Source of the DNA: Promethearchaeota archaeon
GTDB lineage: Archaea > Asgardarchaeota > Lokiarchaeia > Sigyniarchaeales > SOKP01
DNA length: 64,000 nucleotides
Direction: 5' to 3'
NCBI GenBank assembly: GCA_048940645.1
Contig: JBHLOI010000006.1
Coordinates: 32,001 to 96,000 of the forward strand
The position numbers and the translations under genes were made by a program. Positions 1 to 10,100 of this stretch are shown piece by piece; position 1 is the stretch's first letter; the number at the start of each line of letters is the position of its first letter. The notes beneath the pieces were generated by a model. The model was not told where the DNA came from. It ran no database searches and saw nothing but the letters and a program-made list of their open reading frames with translations.

Positions 1-660
1 ATATTAGGATTTATTGGTTATAAAGTTCCTTTAGAGGCCGTGAATGTTTTACTAAACAAGGCATTAATTGATGAAGAATGGATTGTACGGGATGCAGCGG
101 TCTCAAGTTTAGGAATGATTATTCAAAAGATTGACGATAAACGACAAATTATTGAAAATTTAGTTGAATTAATTAATGATAAAAATAATTGGGTCCGTAA
201 TTCATCAATGAATTTAATTGCCTCAATAAAAAATATTGATTCCTCAGTAATTCCAATTGAAAAGGTGTTAGGAAATCTTTATCATGAAGATTCTAAAGTT
301 AGACAAGGAGCTGCTAATTTACTAAAAATTTATGATTTTGATATTATTGATGACAATTTTAAAAGAGTTTTAGTTCTATTAGGAGATGAATCTGATGATG
401 TAAGAAGATCAATAATAAATACCATGATTGAGATCATCCAAAAGGTTGGATTATCTAAAATTCTATCTAGATTATTGAAAAATCTCAGTGATTCTAGTTC
501 TTTAGTCACACAACAATCCATTGCCTTAATTTTAGGAAGAACTGCTAAATATGAAGATGAAAAAATAAGGAAGAGAATCATTGCTTTATTAAAGGTAAGA
601 TGTGAGATGTCGCAAGATCCTATAATATGCGAAACACTAGCTAAACTAAAAGAAGCTTAA
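1..660 (+). CDS. HEAT-repeat protein, 5'-truncated by the window edge
   Basis: Frame is open from position 1. Repeated HEAT units: LIDEEWIVRDAAVSSLG, LINDKNNWVRNSSMNLI, LYHEDSKVRQGAANLL, LGDESDDVRRSIINTM. Confidence 0.85.
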   Translation: MLGFIGYKVPLEAVNVLLNKALIDEEWIVRDAAVSSLGMIIQKIDDKRQIIENLVELINDKNNWVRNSSMNLIASIKNIDSSVIPIEKVLGNLYHEDSKVRQGAANLLKIYDFDIIDDNFKRVLVLLGDESDDVRRSIINTMIEIIQKVGLSKILSRLLKNLSDSSSLVTQQSIALILGRTAKYEDEKIRKRIIALLKVRCEMSQDPIICETLAKLKEA

Positions 661-839
661 AAACTTTAGTTAATTGAAAATACAAATAAATCTATATATT
701 ACTAAACTATATCTCTCTCTTTACTTTTTTCCAACAATTTTTATTTACAGTTTAATAAGCTTAAATCGTTAATATAACGAATTAAAATATCATTAAAAAT
801 AATTTGGGTATATTAACTTATTTATTTAGGTGAATTTTC

Positions 840-2966
840 TTGGCAACACCTTCAACAAGTCCCAGTATTCCTATTCATCAAGTTCAGCGATTTGAGGATT
901 TTTTAAGGTTATTCGAAGATAAACCGGGAGTATATAAGTATCAAGATCAAATTAATGACATTATTTCCAAGGGTGGAAATACTCTAATCATATTATATGA
1001 GGATTTATTAGCTTTTGACTCTCAAATTGCTGAAATGCTTAAAAAAGATCCTGAATTACTGCTAGAAGATGCCATTGAAGCTTTTGAAAATATTTTAAAA
1101 TTTCAAGGAGGAAGTAAAACTAGTAAGGAACTTTTTGTTAGAATCACCACAAAGGATGAAAACAGTCCATTAATTATACCTTTAAGAGGATTAAGAGCAA
1201 AACATATTGATACATTAGTATGTTCTAATGGAATTGTAGTAAGAAGTTCAACAATAAGACCAAAATTAATTAAGGCGACTTTTGAATGTACAATATGTGG
1301 TTCTCAGTTTGAAGTAATTCAACTTACATCAAAAATAAAGTGGCCAAAATTCTGTATAAATAAAAGGTGCAAGGCTAAGGCACAATCAGATTTTAGATTA
1401 ATATCTAAAAATTCTTTATTCATAGATTGGCAGAGTATTATGATACAAGAAATTCCTGAAGATTTACCACCTGGAAGAATTCCTAGAGCTATTCAAGCGA
1501 TTTTAAAACAAGATTTAGTTGATTTTGTAAAACCCGGAGATAGAGTAAAAATTATTGGTATTTTCAAATCAGTTATAGCCCAATCGATCAAAAATATCAA
1601 TAGTACTTTATTTAAAACCTTTATTGAAGTAAATCTTATCGATCCAGAAGATAAAACAGAAGATATCATAGAATTATCAAAAGAAGATCTTAAAGAAATT
1701 AAAAAATTATCAAAAGAGCCAATGATACAAAGAAAAATTGCGCGATCCATTGCTCCTACGATTTATGGAAGGGATGATCTTAAAATGGCTTGTGCTTTGA
1801 GTTTATTTGCAGGTACTAGAAAAAAGAAACCTGACGGCGGTTATAAGAGAGGAGACATACATGTGTTATTTGTAGGGGATCCTGGGACCGGCAAAAGTGA
1901 AATACTCAAAAGTGCAATTGATATATCACCGAGGGGACTTTACACTTCTGGGAAAGGATCTACTGCTGTTGGTTTGACGGCAGCTGTTATTAAAGATTCT
2001 GACACAGGACAAATGAACCTTGAAGCAGGTGCAGTTGTATTAGCCAATGGTGGTGTTGCGGCTATTGATGAATTCGATAAAATGAATCCCGCTGATAGAT
2101 CTGCTCTACATGAACAGATGGAACAACAAACAGTTAGTATAGCTAAAGCTGGTATAGTAGCAACATTAAAGGCACAAACAGCAATTATTGCAGCAGCTAA
2201 TCCCCGATCAGGAAGATATGATCGATACAAAACACCAACTCAAAATATTTATTTACCACCTTCCCTCTTATCTCGATTTGATCTTATTTTTGTAGTTATT
2301 GACAGACCAAATCCTACTGAGGATGCTCAAATGGCTGAATTCATACTACAGAATTCTATGATTGGTGCAGATCAAACAGTTCCAGATGAAATTACTAAAA
2401 TTTCTCCGATATCTGGAGATTTATTAAAAAAATATATCAAAAATGCTAGGAAAACGTGTCACCCTTTAATAACTGAAGAAGCTAAAGAACATATAAAAGA
2501 TTTTTATTTAGATTTGAGAGGTCAATATGAAAGTGAAGATGCGGTTGTATCAATCTTGGCAAGAAATTTAGATGCACTTGTCAGATTAAGCGAAGCTTAC
2601 GCTAAAATGGCATTAAGAAGTAAAGTACTTAAAGAAGACGTAGATGAAGTTATAAAACTATTTAAAAGATATTTAAAAGATACGGGCTATGATGAGACAA
2701 CCGGAAAAATAGATATGGATAGAATTTTAGTTGGCCAATCTAGGAGTTCAATTAAAAAACTCGATAAATTTCTAAATAGATTAAAAGAAATATTTGAAGA
2801 AAATAATTGGAAGTTAATGGAGAAGAAAGCCGTAATTCAAATTCTTGATGTAGAAGAGGATTTAGATGAAAAATGGATTAGAGATGCTCTCGAAGAATTA
2901 ATAAAGGAAGGGACTTTATATGAGCCAAGGAATAATTTTATAAAGTTCATAAATAAGGAAGAATAA
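840..2966 (+). CDS. mcm: Replicative helicase MCM
   Basis: Walker A GDPGTGKS, IDEFDKM MCM box, SRFD arginine finger, N-terminal Zn finger (CTIC...CINKRC), C-terminal winged helix. TTG start 6 nt after AGGTGA. Confidence 0.97.
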   Translation: MATPSTSPSIPIHQVQRFEDFLRLFEDKPGVYKYQDQINDIISKGGNTLIILYEDLLAFDSQIAEMLKKDPELLLEDAIEAFENILKFQGGSKTSKELFVRITTKDENSPLIIPLRGLRAKHIDTLVCSNGIVVRSSTIRPKLIKATFECTICGSQFEVIQLTSKIKWPKFCINKRCKAKAQSDFRLISKNSLFIDWQSIMIQEIPEDLPPGRIPRAIQAILKQDLVDFVKPGDRVKIIGIFKSVIAQSIKNINSTLFKTFIEVNLIDPEDKTEDIIELSKEDLKEIKKLSKEPMIQRKIARSIAPTIYGRDDLKMACALSLFAGTRKKKPDGGYKRGDIHVLFVGDPGTGKSEILKSAIDISPRGLYTSGKGSTAVGLTAAVIKDSDTGQMNLEAGAVVLANGGVAAIDEFDKMNPADRSALHEQMEQQTVSIAKAGIVATLKAQTAIIAAANPRSGRYDRYKTPTQNIYLPPSLLSRFDLIFVVIDRPNPTEDAQMAEFILQNSMIGADQTVPDEITKISPISGDLLKKYIKNARKTCHPLITEEAKEHIKDFYLDLRGQYESEDAVVSILARNLDALVRLSEAYAKMALRSKVLKEDVDEVIKLFKRYLKDTGYDETTGKIDMDRILVGQSRSSIKKLDKFLNRLKEIFEENNWKLMEKKAVIQILDVEEDLDEKWIRDALEELIKEGTLYEPRNNFIKFINKEE

Positions 2967-3116
2967 ATAGTGATTAATTTCTACTTAAAAGTTCATTAAA
3001 TTTTATTATTAATCGTTTTTTACTTAAATGAGAAGACTATTTGTTTATTTTGATAAAGCTTTAATGATACTAATTCAAATAAATTTAAATGAAATTATGA
3101 AAAAAAGAGATGATTA

Positions 3117-4106
3117 TTGATTAGAGCTGCTGTTTTTGAGGATATTCAAAGAATTGTTTATAAAGAGGATTACCCTAAACCTATTATAGGAAAAGATGAC
3201 GTAATTGTAAAAGTTCATTATTGTGGGATATGTGGAAGCGATGTTACAAATTTTAAATTAAAATTATACCAAGTTCCACTAATTATGGGTCATGAGTTTA
3301 CAGGAGAAGTGGTTGAAGTAGGAGAAAATGTGTTAGGAGTGAAAAGTGGTGAAAGAGTGTGTGGAATAAATGTTGCTCTTGATTTAAGCCAAAGAAAGTT
3401 AAGTGGAATGGGTATCTTTGAAGATGGTGGTTTTGCAGAATATGTAAAGGTACCTATAGAAAATTTATTTCATATACCAAAAAATGTCTCAACAAAAGAA
3501 GCGGTAATGATTGAATCATTTGCTAATGCAGTAAGAGGTACGAGATTATCTAATATTGAAGATAATCAAAATATACTTATAATAGGTGGAGGAAATATTG
3601 GATTGTGTTTCTTAAAATATTTACTAAATGAAAAGAATCCTAATTATATTGGAGTAATTGAACCCCATATTTATTTAAGAGAAAAATGCCAGCAATTTGG
3701 AGCAACAGATGCGTTTCCTCCTAGTATGACAAAAATTAAGAGATTTATTAAATTCTATGGAGAGCCTTCTTTTATTTTTGATTGCGCTGGTAATGAAAAA
3801 TCAATGCTTATGGCAATAAACTTAATAAAAAAAGGTGGAACAATTCTTCTGGAGGGGCTTTATAAAGGAACAGTAGTTTTTCCTATGTCTATAATAAATT
3901 CGAAAGAAATTTGTATTAAAGGTTGTATAAGTCATGATAAAGGAGATATTCTAAATTCAATCAATTTTTTTGCTAAGGAAAAAGTTAATGCTGATCATTA
4001 TATCTCCAAAATTATATCATTAAAAGATATGCAAGACACATTTAAAATGATTTTAACTCCTGGCGAAAGAAAGTTTATAAAAATTGTTGTCAAAATCGAT
4101 CAATAG
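3117..4106 (+). CDS. Zn-dependent medium-chain dehydrogenase (sorbitol/threonine dehydrogenase-like)
   Basis: CGICGSD, GHEFTGEV, DGGFAEY, Rossmann GGGNIG. The four-Cys structural-Zn lobe is absent. Confidence 0.9.
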   Translation: MIRAAVFEDIQRIVYKEDYPKPIIGKDDVIVKVHYCGICGSDVTNFKLKLYQVPLIMGHEFTGEVVEVGENVLGVKSGERVCGINVALDLSQRKLSGMGIFEDGGFAEYVKVPIENLFHIPKNVSTKEAVMIESFANAVRGTRLSNIEDNQNILIIGGGNIGLCFLKYLLNEKNPNYIGVIEPHIYLREKCQQFGATDAFPPSMTKIKRFIKFYGEPSFIFDCAGNEKSMLMAINLIKKGGTILLEGLYKGTVVFPMSIINSKEICIKGCISHDKGDILNSINFFAKEKVNADHYISKIISLKDMQDTFKMILTPGERKFIKIVVKIDQ

Positions 4107-4144
4107 AATTACTTTTCTATTCTAAAAAATATTAAAAACTAATG

Positions 4145-4660
4145 CTAGAATTTTAAAGATAATTCTGATATCAATTTGAATGATTCTTCAACATGTTGTC
4201 CATTTTTTGCTGAAGTATACATTATTGAATTAGCCTTTATTTTATTGCTAATTTCCTCAATCTCTGTTTTTGAGATATCTGGTTTAAGATCATTTTTATT
4301 AGCTAGTAAAATAATTGGGATACCACTGCAATTTCTTTTCAAATCTGGTATCCAAAATTTAGTAATTTGATAAAAAGTATTCTTTCTTGTAAGATCTCCG
4401 ACAATTAAAGCTCCATCCGAACCTCTATAATATAGATGCCTCATTTTCACCCAACGTTCCTGCCCTGCTATATCCCAAATATTAAGTGATATCTCCTCAT
4501 CAGTATCTGAATCCAATTTCTTGATAAATAAATTTGTGCCTATTGATGCTTTATAATCTCTGGAGAATTGCCCTGTTATAAACTTCTTTACTAAACTCGT
4601 TTTTCCAACTCCAGGATCTCCAATAATTATAATCTTTAAATTGTAAGTTCGATAAACCAT
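4145..4660 (-). CDS. Rab-like small GTPase (Ras superfamily, Asgard type)
   Basis: G1 GDPGVGKT, G3 WDIAGQE, G4 NKND, G5 SAK, Rab-like YYRG. No C-terminal Cys prenylation motif. ATG at 4660 preferred over the track's TTG at 4672. Confidence 0.93.
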   Translation of the reverse strand: MVYRTYNLKIIIIGDPGVGKTSLVKKFITGQFSRDYKASIGTNLFIKKLDSDTDEEISLNIWDIAGQERWVKMRHLYYRGSDGALIVGDLTRKNTFYQITKFWIPDLKRNCSGIPIILLANKNDLKPDISKTEIEEISNKIKANSIMYTSAKNGQHVEESFKLISELSLKF

Positions 4661-4798
4661 GGTTATTTTCAAATTTTCTTAATAGTTATTATTATGTAAT
4701 AATACATAATAGATTTAAAATAAAAATATGTAAGTATTAAATAAATTAAAACCTAAAATTAAACTAAAAGAAGATTATCAAACTTATAAGATGAAATA

Positions 4799-5893
4799 TT
4801 GATGACAACTGGAATAGTATATGATGATATTTATCTAGAACATAGGATAGGCACGCACATAGAGAGCCATGAAAGGCTTATTGCTATAATGGAATTTTTA
4901 AGAGAAAAAAAAGTATTAGAAGATTCAGATTTTAAATTAATAAAACCAAGAAAAGCAACTTTAGAACAGATAAAATATGTCCATAGAGAAGGGTTAATTA
5001 AAGAAATTCAATCAGTTTGTGAATTAGCTGAAAAAACCAATCGTATCCAACACATTGATATGGATACAGACGCATCAGCAATGACATATGAAGCCTCATT
5101 ATATTCCGTTGGAGGAAATTTACAAGCTGCGGATGAAATTTTGAATGGAAATTGTAAAAACGCATTTGCCTTAGTGAGGCCTCCTGGCCATCATTCTAAT
5201 TCGTATAAGTTTTCAGGATTTTGCATATTCAATAATATTGCTATTGCTGCAGAATATCTTTTTAGAGAGAAAAATATTAACAGAATTGCTATTATTGATT
5301 GGGACTGTCATCATGGTAATGGTACTCAAGATATATTTTTTAATGGATCAAAATCTGATGGAGAATTAGTAATGTTTAACTCTCATCAGGATGGACGGAC
5401 TCTTTATCCTGGAAGTGGATTTATTGGTGAAATAGGTACAGGAAAAGGAAAAGGTAAAATAATTAATTATCCCATGCCTCCAAGGGCTGCTGATGATGTA
5501 ATTTCTATTTATTTCGACGAAATAATAGCGCCTATTTGTAATGAATTTAAGCCTGAATTTATTCTCATATCGGCAGGTTTCGATACACATTGGACAGATG
5601 AATTAACAATGATGGGATGGACTTACCAAGCACCAGCAAATTACTTAAAAAAAATTAAGACAATTGCTAAGGAATTTGCCAATGATCGTATTCTAATTAC
5701 ATTAGAGGGAGGCTACGAGGTTGACAAACAAGCAAAAGCCGTTTATAATTGTTTACAAGTTCTTAATGATAATTATGATCAATTAATTGAGGAGAAACCC
5801 AAAAAATCAGATAAAGAACTATTAGATTATATGAATAATAAATTAATACCGAAATTAAAGGAGATACTAAGTCCTTATTGGAAGTGCTTCTAA
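4799..5893 (+). CDS. Zn-dependent histone deacetylase-family protein (class II-like/acetylpolyamine amidohydrolase)
   Basis: RPPGHH, GFCIFNN, IDWDCHHGNGTQDIF, SAGFD and LEGGY motifs. Confidence 0.95.
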   Translation: MMTTGIVYDDIYLEHRIGTHIESHERLIAIMEFLREKKVLEDSDFKLIKPRKATLEQIKYVHREGLIKEIQSVCELAEKTNRIQHIDMDTDASAMTYEASLYSVGGNLQAADEILNGNCKNAFALVRPPGHHSNSYKFSGFCIFNNIAIAAEYLFREKNINRIAIIDWDCHHGNGTQDIFFNGSKSDGELVMFNSHQDGRTLYPGSGFIGEIGTGKGKGKIINYPMPPRAADDVISIYFDEIIAPICNEFKPEFILISAGFDTHWTDELTMMGWTYQAPANYLKKIKTIAKEFANDRILITLEGGYEVDKQAKAVYNCLQVLNDNYDQLIEEKPKKSDKELLDYMNNKLIPKLKEILSPYWKCF

Positions 5894-6000
5894 TTTCTTT
5901 AAATTATTACTCTTTTTCTTTAACTTTTGTGCGATAATTTATAAAGTTAGTTCACTATTAAAGTTACAAATTAGATCATTTTTTATAAATAATAAAAAAG

Positions 6001-6840
6001 GTGATTATAATTTCATACGAATATGAAAGAGATGACGAAGAAGAACCAAAAAAACCCTCACCCCCTCCTTTAAAGCCTCCTTCTATGCCCCCACCTACCG
6101 TCCCTCCTCCAACCATACCTCCACCATCTATACCTCCGACATATCAACCTGAACAATCAATTCCAAGTGGCCCATCACAAGCAGAATATAATGCAGCAAT
6201 GAGTCAAGTTCAAGAAAGAGAAGCTCGTCTCAGGGATTTAGAAAATCAACTCCAAAGCGTTAATACTCAATTTGCTAATTTAAATGCACAAGTTAATGAA
6301 AAAGATTACCAAATAAACCAATTAACTTCTAAAGTCCAAAATCTTCAAGCTACTATAGAAACCTATCAAAATCAAATTAATCAGTTAAATAATGAAAAAG
6401 CACAATTACAAGCACAATTACCACAGCTGCAAGGGCAGCTCCAGCGAGTTCAACAAGAAAATATGAATTTACAGCAACAAATTGGTCCCCTTCAATCACA
6501 AATTAATAAATTACAGGAAGAGTTAACCTATAAAGAAAGGAGGATTCAGGAATTAAAAGAACCCAAACCAGTTATGCCCTCTAGTTTAGCCCAAGGAATT
6601 ACATCTCAAACATCAACTTTTGGAAGTAGTCCTTCTTTTGGAACATCTACCACCCCAACAACTACTCCTTCCCAAGATGTAGGAGTTGAACTTGGTGGAT
6701 CAAGGAGAATCTGCCCAAATTGTGGTGCTTCCGGTTTTGCAATCAAGGAAGTTGAAGATAAAACAAAGATAATCAGCTACATACCAAAACCACAATATGC
6801 AAAGAAAAATGTTTGTACTAAATGTGGATTTGAATTTTAA
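6001..6840 (+). CDS. Proline-rich, coiled-coil, C-terminal Zn-ribbon protein of unknown function
   Basis: Acidic N-terminus, PPP-rich tract, ~120-aa Q/N-rich heptad coiled coil, S/T-rich linker, CPNC...CTKC. True start may be ATT at 6010. Confidence 0.85.
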   Translation: MIIISYEYERDDEEEPKKPSPPPLKPPSMPPPTVPPPTIPPPSIPPTYQPEQSIPSGPSQAEYNAAMSQVQEREARLRDLENQLQSVNTQFANLNAQVNEKDYQINQLTSKVQNLQATIETYQNQINQLNNEKAQLQAQLPQLQGQLQRVQQENMNLQQQIGPLQSQINKLQEELTYKERRIQELKEPKPVMPSSLAQGITSQTSTFGSSPSFGTSTTPTTTPSQDVGVELGGSRRICPNCGASGFAIKEVEDKTKIISYIPKPQYAKKNVCTKCGFEF

Positions 6841-7125
6841 AGTAGTAGTTTGTTAAATTTCAACGAAAATTCCTTTGAAATTGCCTTAGGGGTCAGTGTT
6901 TTCAATCATTAATAATATTTTTAATAATTATTATCTTAAATCTTCAATCATTCTTACTTCTCAATTTATTACTAAAATCAATGAAGTTGTTTTTGAAATA
7001 AGTTTAAAAACTCATTTATAGATATTTCATATCATAACAATTCATAAGGAAAATTATTTATATAATAATTTTAATTAATATTGCAAATTTAATTTTGTAA
7101 ATGTTAAGGGAATATTTGATTATAT

Positions 7126-10100
7126 ATGTCAGAATTTCGTGAAGATTTACTTATTTCACCTATTAATAAAAAGCGACTAATTGGGATATTTCTTGTTACT
7201 ATTTTATTAATTTCCCTATTTGCTTTTTCTGTACTTCTTTATAGTTTACTTTTTGGCACTCAAAGGCCCTTTCCTAGCGATCTATTATCAGAAGCAGAAT
7301 ATGAGGAGGGAAATCCGGTATTTATTCCCATACCTTTTAATTGGTCTGATATTTTTGATAATTTAAATTTATCTCAAGATCAACTTCAAGACTTATTAGA
7401 CTCACTACAAGATATGTTTGATGGTGATATTGATGATTTAGATCTAGGAAATTTTTCACAAAGCATTTTAGGCTTATTAGCTTCTGAAATTGAAGTATTT
7501 AGAGTTTTTTATTACAATGATATTAATGCTATGACTAATAAATTATGGAAATATGAATGTTTTGATGAATATACTGGAGATGGATGGCACTCAACTGCTT
7601 CCACTCAAAATTATAATTTTTATTCTTATAACGATTGGCTTACTTATCATTCTGATAAAGATTTACTAAAAATAAAAATACCATTAACTCCTACCTTAGG
7701 AATAAATTCTATGGTTGCCCCTACTCTTTTTCCAAATCCATATGTTATTGATGGTTCAATTTTTGCGCCCAATATGGTATTAACACCACCAGATGATCCT
7801 AAATTATATAAAGATGACTTTAATAGTACTACTATGGATCTTACTTTTACAAGTGAAGCAGATGTAAATATGAGTTATTATATGTTTGGCTTAAACCTTC
7901 CCTCGAATGATGATATCAATAATAGTGCTGTTGAAGCAATGTATACCCCCCCTGTAATTCAAAATCGATATTTACAATTACCTTTAACCTTAAATGCTTA
8001 TCTAACTAATAATTATTTTGTTAATCAGATCTTTGTAACATTAAATAATACTATAAAGGAATATGACAATGCCTTTGTAGTAGCTAATAAGATTAGAAAT
8101 TATCTTCAAACCTATTTTACGTTTCCAATTGATCCTAACTCTTATAATCCTGCTCCGCCAGGTAGAGATGTTGTCGATTGGTTTTGTGAGACCAAGCAAG
8201 GGGTTTGGTCTGATTTTGCATCTGCCTTTTGTGTTTTTTGTCGAATTTTTGGAGTAGCAAGTCGATTTGTTGATGGTTTTAATAGTTTTGGTATTCAAGA
8301 AATGTTTGATCCATTTGAAGGTGCTAATGGTTTTGCAATTAAATATAAAAATTTATACAATTGGGCAGAAATTTATGTCCCATCAGATTTTTTGGGAAAT
8401 GGTCAATGGGTGCAAATGGATATCATATTTGACAGCTTTGGAACTGGTGGAAATCCAGTAACAGGAGGAGATTACAATATTTCCGTTTATACTGATCAAC
8501 CCTTTCCTGCCGTTTATTATCGACCAGATATTGCTAACATAACTGCTTATTTGACTTCTATTACCGAACCTATAGATAATATAGGGATTACTTTTAGAGA
8601 TGTAAGTAGCGGAGAACTTCTTGGTATTGATTATACAGATATTTATGGACAAGCTTCAATCTTAGTTAATATAAATGATTCAAAAGTAGTTGGACATCAT
8701 CTAATAGAAGCAAGAGTAAACCCTGTCATAGCAAATTATACTCTCTTTACAATTCCAGGAGATATTAAAGTAGAGCTAACTTTAGTGAGTCCAACAATGG
8801 TAAATCGTTCTGATACATGGCCCGATATTACAAATGTTACAGGATATGTATATGATCCAGTAGCAAATAAAAGAGTTAAGGATGCTGAGGTAAATTTTAA
8901 ATTACTTCAATATGGTACGAATAATGAAATCTTTAATGCTTTTATCCCCTCAACCCAATTTACCGATCCTAATGGTGAATTTAGTGAAATTTTAAATGTC
9001 AATCCCAGCGTACCAGCGGGTCAATACGAAATAAGGGTTGATTTTAATGGAACATGGATGTTACCCATATTTTATGTTCCTTTTACTAGTATCGTTCCTA
9101 TTACAAATTCTAGCCAACGATGGGAATTTAATATAACAAAAGCATTATCCTTATATTTCTATATAAACAGTTTTCCTGCAAATGATCCGAATAACCCACT
9201 TGTTTATAGAGATGATCCTCTTATTCTTACTGCAAGAGTCATGCTTGAAAATGTAGGACCAGTTCAAGGAAAAAGAGTATTTTTTCATGATTGGACTAGA
9301 GGAAGAATCGAACTAGGAAGTGATATTTCAGATGTGAATGGATTTGCTTCAATTACTATCCCAGCAAATAATAGTTTCACAGCTGGTCCAAATCTATTAT
9401 TTGCTAGATATAGAATGCAAGAAAACTTTTCTTATTTCATTTTAAATGAAGAACCAACGATATTTGCGATTGGTCCATATCCAAGGGAAATTAATCGCAC
9501 GGGTTCAGGTAATTCAAATACAATATTTAATATACAGGGAGATATTACAGATAGTACTAATGGAAATCCGTTACGAAATTGTGAATTAAGATTAAGACTC
9601 TTACGTGGAGGATTAGATTACTCTTCTTACTTAATTCCAAGCGAATATTTTTGGTCTAGATTTGATGGATCCTTTGACTGGAACTTTGAAGTTGCCTCAA
9701 ATACCCCGATAGGAAATTATACTTTAAGAATAGATTTTAATGGTACCCTTGATTACTCTGGGCATCCAATCTATCCTTATTTCTTTAATTTACCATTATC
9801 AGATTTAGAAACTTCATATCTCTTGCCAAATGAATTATCAGTTAGTAGTCTTGCCACTTTATCATTTAACTTTTGGATAAATGGAACTACTTCATATGAT
9901 TATAATCAACCTATAATTAATTATAATGATCACCTTGACCTCTCAGTTTATTTAACTTGGGGGGGTGCGCCGATAGGAGACGGAGAACCGATAGATTTTT
10001 ATGATGTAACTCAAGATTTTTTTATTGGCACTGCATTTACTAATTTGGGGTTTGCCCAAATACTCTACAGCACAGATTTTTTTACTATTGCCGGACCCCA

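Noticed and set aside
4779-4790. AAACTTATAAG motif, also at ~48878, as a shared regulator site
   Set aside because: It is indistinguishable from a generic archaeal BRE/TATA element in AT-rich DNA, and its orientation and target cannot be fixed from sequence alone.
6856-6905. Inverted repeat AATTTCAA-N11-TTGAAATT and an alternative hairpin after the proline-rich gene; considered as SECIS, riboswitch or operator
   Set aside because: The arms are short and AT-only, as expected by chance here; the upstream gene has no in-frame TGA and no known RNA motif is recognisable.
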